DNA from: Psychrobacter sp. DM4
Lineage (GTDB): Bacteria; Pseudomonadota; Gammaproteobacteria; Pseudomonadales; Moraxellaceae
Length of the DNA stretch: 32,000 nt
Direction of reading: 5' to 3'
Assembly (NCBI RefSeq): GCF_051307035.1
Contig: NZ_CP195536.1
Coordinates: 2,040,001 to 2,072,000, forward strand
Position 1 is the stretch's first letter. Every line of letters starts with the position of its first letter. The notes beneath the pieces are model-generated. The model saw only the letters and a list, made by a program, of their open reading frames with translations. It ran no database searches and was not told the origin of the DNA. Below, in pieces: positions 1 through 6,167 of the stretch. Made by a program: the position numbers and the translations under genes.

Positions 1-804
1 GACAACGTCCATCATGTCAAAGAAGGCGACCGCGTTGGTGTTCCTTGGCTGTATTCAGCTTGTGGACACTGTACTCATTGTTTGGGTGGCTGGGAGACTT
101 TATGTTTACGTCAAAAGAATGCAGGATACTCAGTTAATGGTAGCTTTGCTGAGTACGTCTTGGCGAATGCGAACTATGTTGGTATCATTCCTGAAGGCGT
201 CGACTCAGTAGAGATTGCCCCCATCTTATGTGCTGGCGTGACGGTATATAAAGGTCTCAAAATGACCGAAGCCAAAGCTGGCGATTGGGTGGTTGTCTCT
301 GGCATCGGCGGCCTTGGCCACATGGCAGTACAGTACGCCGTGGCTATGGGATTGAACGTTGCAGCTGTCGATATCGATGATGACAAGCTTGACTTTGCTA
401 AAAAACTCGGGGCGACAGTTACCGTTAATGCAAAAGATACAGACCCTGGAAAGTTCCTAAAAAAAGAGATCGGCGGCGCTCATGGCGTACTGGTAACAGC
501 AGTCTCTCCAAAAGCGTTTGATCAAGCGATAAGCATGGTAAGACGTGGTGGTACAGTTGTTTTCAACGGTTTGCCTACTGGTGATTTTCCTTTATCTATC
601 TTTAATACAGTATTAAATGGCATTACTATTCGCGGTTCAATCGTCGGTACGCGTCTTGATTTGCAAGAGTCGTTAGATATGGCGGCAGCGGGCAAAGTAA
701 AAGCCACCGTCGCCGCTGAACCGCTTGAGAATATCAATGATATATTTGAGCGTATGCGTGATGGAAAAATCGAGGGTCGTATTGTGATTGACTATACTAT
801 GTAG
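1..804 (+). CDS. adhP: Zn-dependent alcohol dehydrogenase, propanol-preferring type (5' end lies outside the window)
   Basis: Frame 1 is open from base 1 ([35 protein letters not shown]...). It has the structural-zinc cluster C-x2-C-x2-C-x7-C and a Rossmann GxGxxG (VSGIGGLGH). Track ORF 82..804 is the same frame. Confidence 0.9.
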   Translation, partial: DNVHHVKEGDRVGVPWLYSACGHCTHCLGGWETLCLRQKNAGYSVNGSFAEYVLANANYVGIIPEGVDSVEIAPILCAGVTVYKGLKMTEAKAGDWVVVSGIGGLGHMAVQYAVAMGLNVAAVDIDDDKLDFAKKLGATVTVNAKDTDPGKFLKKEIGGAHGVLVTAVSPKAFDQAISMVRRGGTVVFNGLPTGDFPLSIFNTVLNGITIRGSIVGTRLDLQESLDMAAAGKVKATVAAEPLENINDIFERMRDGKIEGRIVIDYTM

Positions 805-861
805 TCATAAGCAAGTGACGTTTTGATGTTGAGTCATCATCCTCATTAAACCTTCAAAGAT

Positions 862-932
862 AGGTCGTATCGTTTTCAGTGTCATGCTATTGATAGTAAG
901 ACTGAGAGCGATACGACCTTTCATATTTTATT
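862..932 (+). terminator. Long hairpin plus T-rich tail between adhP and the DUF779 gene (terminator/attenuator)
   Basis: aggtcgtatcgttttcagt (862-880) pairs with actgagagcgatacgacct (901-919). This gives 19 bp with two G.U pairs that only work on the + strand, followed by ttcatattttatt. Confidence 0.6.
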
Positions 933-967
933 AGTACAAATTAGATTTCAAACATAGGGAGTGCGAC

Positions 968-1312
968 ATGAAACTTGAAGCGACAGCATCTTGCGTTGAA
1001 CTGATCGAGCTATTAAAGTCCAAGCACGGCAAGCTCATGTTTCACCAATCAGGCGGTTGCTGTGATGGGAGCTCACCGATGTGTTATCCACTTGGCGAGT
1101 TCAAGGTTGGCGGTCAAGATATCTTGATCGATGAACTGGCAGGTTGTCCATTTTATATGGGAAAGGCCCAGCACAAGCTATGGCGACACACGGATCTCAC
1201 TATTGATGTGGTCGATGGGCGCGGCGCAAGCTTCTCGCTTGAGATACCAGAGGGTAAGCGCTTCATTGTATACTCAGAGATTTGTGCGGTTGAGGACAGT
1301 CCTGTCAAATAA
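968..1312 (+). CDS. DUF779 domain protein
   Basis: MFHQSGGCCDGSSPMCYPLGEF and the GCPFY motif are typical of DUF779, a family usually linked to alcohol/aldehyde dehydrogenase genes. GGGAG lies upstream of the ATG. Confidence 0.85.
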   Translation: MKLEATASCVELIELLKSKHGKLMFHQSGGCCDGSSPMCYPLGEFKVGGQDILIDELAGCPFYMGKAQHKLWRHTDLTIDVVDGRGASFSLEIPEGKRFIVYSEICAVEDSPVK

Positions 1313-1315
1313 TCC

Positions 1316-2344
1316 TTAGTTAACGTTCACCACCCCTCGACATTTTGGAAACTGACTACAACCATAAAACGTTTGACCTTCGCGCGCGCCTTTTTTTGCG
1401 ACGCGCTTAATCATTTCACTCTGACATCTTGGACAAGTCATTACTTGAGTTGAAATCCTAGGTTCTTCAATTTTATTGGAACTCATTACGGTGGTTACTG
1501 GCAGCTCAGTCTTAGTACTTGATTCATTTTTACCTTCAGAGATAATGAATGGTGTCATAAAAATGGCATTTTCACTCGTGAATGGCATCCTCGATGTGTC
1601 ATCCTGCTCAACTTGACCTGACCACTGAGGGACTTCTCTACTCTTAAGCGTCTCTCGCGCTTTTGGTTTTGACGGTGGTTTGACTTTTAATTGCTTCTCT
1701 TCACAAGCTTTGGCTGACTCTGTAATAGAGCTAGAGTCACTCATTTTAGAGCTATCTGTTTTAGGGTTACTCGTACTATGTTTATCTCTTAAATAGGCTT
1801 TATGCTGCCGATTGGTTTTCCATGATTTATCAAATCGACTGCTTTGAATTTGCTCAACGATCGACTTAACCTCTGCTTCGGTTAAGAGTATATCTTGCTT
1901 TTTTTTCACATAAGACGCCATACCACTAGTCAATACATGCTCAGGTAAGTCATCACGGGTCTTTAATTCACACTCACCGATAAAGGCAATCATCGAATGA
2001 AAGTAACGCATATCAAGCTCAAGTAAGTCCGCTAGCGTCTTAATATGTAGATAGTTCTGTCGTAGCGGATTCTGAAACTTATACTTACGCCCGTTTGCAA
2101 AGGCTTGCGTCCACTGCCTTTGGTACTTGCTGCCGTATATCCAGCCTTTATAATTTTTGGTCTCTATCACAAAAATGCCATATATAGAGACGATGACATG
2201 ATCGATTTGGGTACTGCCGCCATTGGTTAGCGGTAGAGTTATGTTATTTAATCGATGATAAGTCTCTTTATCGAGCTTGAGCCACATGGCGACGTTGATG
2301 ACGGTTTCACCGAGGATACCTTTGAAGCTGGATATGAGGGACAT
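1316..2344 (-). CDS. NERD (nuclease-related domain) protein with C-terminal topoisomerase-type C4 zinc ribbon
   Basis: The N-terminal half (IDHVIVSIYGIFVIETKNYKGWIYG) is NERD-like. A Ser/Lys/Thr-rich linker follows. The C-terminus reads CPRCQSEM...FYGCSQFPKCRG. The likely start is the ATG at 2344 (MSLISSFKG), and the track start at 2425 adds 27 odd residues. Confidence 0.8.
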   Translation of the reverse strand: MSLISSFKGILGETVINVAMWLKLDKETYHRLNNITLPLTNGGSTQIDHVIVSIYGIFVIETKNYKGWIYGSKYQRQWTQAFANGRKYKFQNPLRQNYLHIKTLADLLELDMRYFHSMIAFIGECELKTRDDLPEHVLTSGMASYVKKKQDILLTEAEVKSIVEQIQSSRFDKSWKTNRQHKAYLRDKHSTSNPKTDSSKMSDSSSITESAKACEEKQLKVKPPSKPKARETLKSREVPQWSGQVEQDDTSRMPFTSENAIFMTPFIISEGKNESSTKTELPVTTVMSSNKIEEPRISTQVMTCPRCQSEMIKRVAKKGAREGQTFYGCSQFPKCRGVVNVN

Positions 2345-2484
2345 ATTCTTATCACTATTTTTAATACGAGAACACGCTCTAGCACTAGACGCTTTAATAA
2401 ACCTTAATAATACAACATAAGCCAATAAATGAGATATGCTATCGCATTATTTTTGCTATCAAAAACAGCTTTTGGACTATCTGT

Positions 2485-3081
2485 ATGGCTACCTTTACCA
2501 GTACGTTATCGAAAACCGCACTCAGTGCCAGTCTCCTACTATCACTGCCTACGATAGCATCAGCAGCACTGCAAAAATGGCAGCTGGATGTGACCAAGAC
2601 CACTGTAGATTTTGAGGTGGCATACTTAGGAGTGGGTACAGTTGACGGTCAGTTTCATAAGATGAGCGGCGTCATTGACTACGATGCAAAGAACCCGACT
2701 AGAACGACTATTAACTTAACGGTAAACACTGATAGTATTGATGCTGGTGGCAACTTGCGCAACGCTTTTTTACGTCGTAAAGAGCTGCTCAATAGCGCTC
2801 AGTATCCGACAATGAGATTTGTGTCCAAAAAGGTCACTATGATCAACAGCAAAGAAGCCAATGTCACGGGTAATTTTACGGTGTTGGGGCAAACCAAACC
2901 TTTGACCGTCAAGGTGGTGCTATCGGACGTCACCAATGATTCGGTAACGCGCCAGCCTGTTATTAACTTCAAGGCTACAGGTATCATTAATCGATATACT
3001 TACGGCGTGACGGCCTTTCCCAAAGTCGTTGGCAATATGATACCGCTTGAGATATCAGGTCAGCTGGTTGCGGCGAACTAA
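2485..3081 (+). CDS. YceI family periplasmic (polyisoprenoid-binding) protein
   Basis: It has a signal peptide (LLLSLPTIASA) followed by YceI-type sequence: TVDFEVAYLGVGTVDGQFHKMSGVIDYD...YPTMRFVSKKV. Confidence 0.85.
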   Translation: MATFTSTLSKTALSASLLLSLPTIASAALQKWQLDVTKTTVDFEVAYLGVGTVDGQFHKMSGVIDYDAKNPTRTTINLTVNTDSIDAGGNLRNAFLRRKELLNSAQYPTMRFVSKKVTMINSKEANVTGNFTVLGQTKPLTVKVVLSDVTNDSVTRQPVINFKATGIINRYTYGVTAFPKVVGNMIPLEISGQLVAAN

Positions 3082-3100
3082 AAATAAGCAGATCTAAAAA

Positions 3101-3136
3101 AGAGTGGCTAGGATATTATCCTAGTCACTCTTTTTG
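3101..3136 (+). terminator. Rho-independent terminator of the yceI-like gene
   Basis: agagtggctaggat (3101-3114) pairs with atcctagtcactct (3118-3131), with one G.U on the + strand, followed by ttttt. Confidence 0.8.
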
Positions 3137-3345
3137 GTTTAAGAATAAGACGTTTTATGGCTCAAAAAGACAGAAGATAAAAAGACTAGCCTCTAGATCT
3201 GAATGCTTTAACAGTGGGAAAATATGCGTGGCATGGCTCGGTTTTCTTTAATGGTTTCGCTCGGCACTTCACTCAAGCATAGCTTTCGTCTTGCACTCGG
3301 GCAGATAAGCTTAGTAAACCTTAAAACGCTAACCTTCCATAGTTT

Positions 3346-3666
3346 TTAGTACTGCCACGGTTGGTCTTGTTCGATACCCGCTTTGTCTATTTTATTTCTT
3401 CTTTTTTGAATCTTGGTATCTATTTTCTCCTGCTTTTTTAGCGCCTTTTGGTTAATATCGTCTATCATTAGCTGAATCTTCTTATCAACTTTATCCTGTT
3501 CTTTTTGACGCAGCTTATCTACATTAGCTAACTCTTTTTGACGACCCTTATCTATTTTATCTTGCTCTTTTTGACGCTTCAGATTCAGCTTGCTGAGCTT
3601 TTTTTTAGCCTTCTTACTCAATGTAATATCATCTTTCGCTTGTTTGTTGACTGATTTATCCGACAT
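3346..3666 (-). CDS. Lysine-rich hypothetical protein made of 11-residue repeats
   Basis: A strong SD (gaaggagag) sits 5 nt before the ATG. The 106-aa product has no hydrophobic core. Six consecutive 11-aa units (R31-A96) carry I/V-D/N at positions 8-9. Confidence 0.7.
   Translation of the reverse strand: MSDKSVNKQAKDDITLSKKAKKKLSKLNLKRQKEQDKIDKGRQKELANVDKLRQKEQDKVDKKIQLMIDDINQKALKKQEKIDTKIQKRRNKIDKAGIEQDQPWQY
3478..3576 (-). repeat. Three tandem 33-bp coding repeats (the best-conserved part of the 11-aa periodicity)
   Basis: cttatcaactttatcctgttctttttgacgcag / cttatctacattagctaactctttttgacgacc / cttatctattttatcttgctctttttgacgctt. They encode RQKEQDKIDKG / RQKELANVDKL / RQKEQDKVDKK. Confidence 0.8.
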
Positions 3667-4017
3667 GATAACTCTCCTTCTTTATGTTGTATAAGATATC
3701 TAGATACTTGATGGTAAGTCAGTATGCCTGTCTAATCAACGTATCAGCACAAAACGGGTACACGTATTTAAACTCTTTCTAGATCAGCAAATTAGACATA
3801 ACACTAGTATCGGTTCACTATAGAACATCGAATTAAGATAGTTTAGAACCAAAAAACAGTCAATATTAATTAATTCGCGACGCTTTTAAGAGAATAGCGG
3901 CGACTACTACCAAAAGTTAGATTATTCAAAAATCTAAAGAATCAAAAATGTCCTGAGGATTTGAGATATTTGCAATGGTCGCGTAGGGTGCGCCCTACTT
4001 ATAAATTCTAAGCTAGT

Positions 4018-4623
4018 TTAATGAACGATAGGTGGGTCAACTTGCCTACCTCGTTTATTTTTACTTTGATAAGCGCGGCGTTGTTTGGTTATCTCATAAA
4101 GTACAATGCCAGTTGAAGTGGCTAAATTTAGACTTTCAATCATGCCGTACATCTCAATCTGTACACAGGCTGAGCTGTTTGCAATAGCAAGATCACTAAT
4201 ACCGCGAGATTCATTGCCGAACCAAACTGCAAGGCGCTTTTGTGTATAGTTTCCATCTTGCAATAACACGTTATTTTGCCCTTTTATGTGCGGTGACGTC
4301 ACTATAGAAGTAAAACGATAGTTTTCTAAATGTTTTAAGCAGTCTTCAGTGCTACGAAATACTTTGATAAAACTCCATTTAACAGCTGATACCGATGGTT
4401 TGAGTAGTGATTTGCGCTCTCTCATAACTTCCCAGTTATCAGGGAATAGTTGACGACTATCCACCACATAAAGCGTCCCTACACCCAATGCGTTGATATT
4501 ACGAATAACGGTTGCTAAATTCTTCGAATCATTGGGCTCTTCTAGAACAACAATCAAGTTTTTGCACTGAAAGTCTTTAATGGCATCGGCACGTTGACGT
4601 ATGGTTGATTTTTGAGTAGTCAT
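4018..4623 (-). CDS. SpoU/TrmH-family RNA 2'-O-ribose methyltransferase
   Basis: LIVVLEEPNDSKNLATVIRNINALGVGTLYVV and WFGNESRGIS...IEMYGMIESLNLATSTGIVLYE match the SPOUT-class motifs of TrmH. The ATG at 4623 (MTTQKSTIRQR) gives a TrmH-like N-terminus, whereas the track start at 4734 is a TTG that adds 37 atypical residues. Confidence 0.8.
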   Translation of the reverse strand: MTTQKSTIRQRADAIKDFQCKNLIVVLEEPNDSKNLATVIRNINALGVGTLYVVDSRQLFPDNWEVMRERKSLLKPSVSAVKWSFIKVFRSTEDCLKHLENYRFTSIVTSPHIKGQNNVLLQDGNYTQKRLAVWFGNESRGISDLAIANSSACVQIEMYGMIESLNLATSTGIVLYEITKQRRAYQSKNKRGRQVDPPIVH

Positions 4624-4758
4624 ATTTTTATACTTAATGGATTTGAATAATTTACTATAAAATAGTAGGACAGGCAGATTACGCTCACTGAACAGAATAC
4701 GATATTTGCCGTAGGTTGGTGTTAGACTTTTCAAATTCTCGTAGAGAATAAAGGCTAG

Positions 4759-4808
4759 GCGTAATCCACCTATTTAAATCTTATTATTTTAATATTGGTG
4801 GGTTACGC
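4759..4808 (-). terminator. Hairpin at the 3' end of the DUF3644-like gene (possible terminator)
   Basis: gcgtaatccacc (4759-4770) pairs with ggtgggttacgc (4797-4808): a 12-bp stem with one non-Watson-Crick position and a 26-nt AT-rich loop. It overlaps the stop codon. The tail on the - strand is only weakly U-rich. Confidence 0.35.
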
Positions 4809-5794
4809 TATCTTTTATTGTAATGCTTATCAAACTCTTTCAGAATGTTTGCATTGTAAAAAACTTTTTGGCCTGAGTTGGGGTTCCTAGGGTTCATTAA
4901 CCTTATATGTGTGAAACGCTTATCGCCTTCAAAGCTTTTGCGTAATCCATGATATTTATCATTCATTTTAAAATCAATATATCTCTTTGACAGTCGTTTA
5001 CTTAAAACATCGTAATCCCAAGGGTATCTTCCAATAATATCTTCCTCAGTTAAAATAACTTTCAACGCATTCTCGTCATTCGAATATTGAACAGGAACAC
5101 TTGAATCACTTTTGACTTTTTGAAAATTTAAATCGATATTAAGACTTAAATTGTAATCACCGACATCTACATTGTCATACTTTTCTTCAATATCTTTAAT
5201 ATAGTTCAAAACGTTTTTTTCATTAGCATTTAATATAATACCCGGAGCTTTATCGAAAGCTCTAAAAAAAGATAACGGCATTAAGTAGAAGTTATAATTT
5301 GATAACATGTCCCCAAACCATAAAGAAACTAGGTGTAAGTAGTTTTGTATCGAAGCGCTTCCCAGCTGTTGAACCTTCAACGATAAAAGTAAATCATCGT
5401 TGACAAAATGAATAGAATTATCCCTAATTTCAGTTAATGTTAAAATATTATCATTGATAGCCTTATCAATTTTGACACCATACTCTTCAGTTATAATTTT
5501 GTAAGCTTGTTGCAAACTAACTGACATAGGGTTTCCAGAACGATTTTTCTTTGGAGTTGATCTCTGAGCTTTTTTACCACTTTTTAAAGTTTTATGTTCT
5601 TTAACATACAAAGATGAAAGTTTATTACTTGATAAATTAAGTACCTTAGCCTTTAGTAAAAGTTCCCACGAATTTATACATAAGACAGAAAAAGTTTCTT
5701 CTCGATATTTAAAGTCAGGTTTATTGTATATTTCGATAGCTGATAACATAGCTGATATAGATTTCTCTAACATTAATTTATAGCGAGATTTCAT
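4808..5794 (-). CDS. DUF3644-like protein with an R-x4-H (HEPN-type) motif; putative RNase/abortive-infection-like protein
   Basis: The N-terminus LEKSISAMLSAIEIYNKPDFKYREETFSVLCINSWELLLKAKVL matches my memory of DUF3644. LTEIRDNSIHF gives R124-x4-H129. AGGA lies 9 nt before the ATG. The gene is very AT-rich compared with its neighbours. Confidence 0.7.
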   Translation of the reverse strand: MKSRYKLMLEKSISAMLSAIEIYNKPDFKYREETFSVLCINSWELLLKAKVLNLSSNKLSSLYVKEHKTLKSGKKAQRSTPKKNRSGNPMSVSLQQAYKIITEEYGVKIDKAINDNILTLTEIRDNSIHFVNDDLLLSLKVQQLGSASIQNYLHLVSLWFGDMLSNYNFYLMPLSFFRAFDKAPGIILNANEKNVLNYIKDIEEKYDNVDVGDYNLSLNIDLNFQKVKSDSSVPVQYSNDENALKVILTEEDIIGRYPWDYDVLSKRLSKRYIDFKMNDKYHGLRKSFEGDKRFTHIRLMNPRNPNSGQKVFYNANILKEFDKHYNKR

Positions 5795-5839
5795 TTTTTA
5801 TTCCTATTAGCACGTAAGGTGAGCTTGAAGCACCGATGT

Positions 5840-5854
5840 AACTAAAATTTAGTT
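5840..5854. promoter_or_regulatory. 15-bp perfect palindrome upstream of the DUF3644-like gene (candidate operator)
   Basis: aactaaaatttagtt is a perfect dyad centred at 5847, 46-60 bp upstream of the start codon. It overlaps a possible -10 (taaatt) of a TTGTAT-N17-TAAATT promoter read on the - strand. Confidence 0.35.
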
Positions 5855-5892
5855 CAGCTCAATCTACCATACAATAGTCGTCTTGTGGTACT

Positions 5893-6048
5893 GTTTAGCC
5901 CTGATTGTAGCGGTTATCCTGATGCAGGCGATGGCGTTGCGGACTGTGGCTGGAGGTGGTCGCTCAAATGATGGAACGCGTTCAGACACGTAGTCCGCAC
6001 GCCATTGACGAAGCAGATAATAGCGTAGAGCAGGATTAGCTCCAAAAC
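5893..6048. other. GC-rich imperfect long hairpin of about 155 nt (structured ncRNA or MITE/ERIC-like element candidate)
   Basis: The core helix 5929-5945 / 5992-6007 is about 16 bp with one bulge (gcgatggcg-ttgcggact vs agtccgcacgccattg). Further helices are ctg 5919-5921/cag 6014-6016, tatt 5914-5917/aata 6017-6020 and cctg 5900-5903/cagg 6031-6034. The apex contains the palindrome gaacgcgttc. Confidence 0.4.
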
Positions 6049-6063
6049 CGACACACCAACCAT

Positions 6064-6097
6064 AAAAAAAGAGCCACCAGAATTATTCAGCAGCTCT
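6064..6097 (-). terminator. Probable tkt terminator
   Basis: On the - strand, agagc...gctct flanks inner G.U pairs that form only in - sense, followed by ttttttt (the A-run 6064-6070 on +). Confidence 0.45.
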
Positions 6098-6167
6098 TCT
6101 CCATCTGATATTATGAACTCAACTATAAATCATAGCTAAGATCTGGGCTAAAGCCACAGCCTATAAA

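Noticed and set aside
3224-3352. A 42-aa ORF (MRGMARFSLMVSLGTSLKHSFRLALGQISLVNLKTLTFHSF) in the spacer after the yceI terminator.
   Set aside because: It has only a weak ribosome-binding site and no recognisable features. It also overlaps the 3' end of the convergent lysine-rich gene.
3478-3576. Regularly spaced 33-bp repeats, considered as a possible mini CRISPR array.
   Set aside because: The repeats are contiguous with no spacers and lie in frame inside an ORF with a strong SD. They encode an 11-aa protein repeat, and no cas genes are nearby.
3983-3998. The hairpin gtagggtgcgccctac just downstream of the methyltransferase stop, considered as its terminator.
   Set aside because: It has a 6-bp stem with no U-run on the - strand. 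The T-rich sequence lies on the + side only, where there is no gene to terminate.
5893-6048. Identification of the long hairpin as 6S RNA, SRP (4.5S) RNA or another named RNA.
   Set aside because: I could find no convincing similarity to the E. coli 6S or 4.5S sequences as I remember them. The genomic context (between tkt and an inserted gene) is also not the usual one. A covariance-model search is needed before naming it.
5914-6063. A 49-aa ORF on the - strand inside the GC-rich hairpin (MVGVSVLELILLYAIICFVNGVRTTCLNAFHHLSDHLQPQSATPSPASG), considered as a type I toxin-like hydrophobic peptide.
   Set aside because: Its ATG directly follows the tkt terminator T-run with no Shine-Dalgarno sequence. 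The reading frame is most simply a by-product of the palindromic sequence. I keep it only as an alternative reading of the 5893-6048 element.
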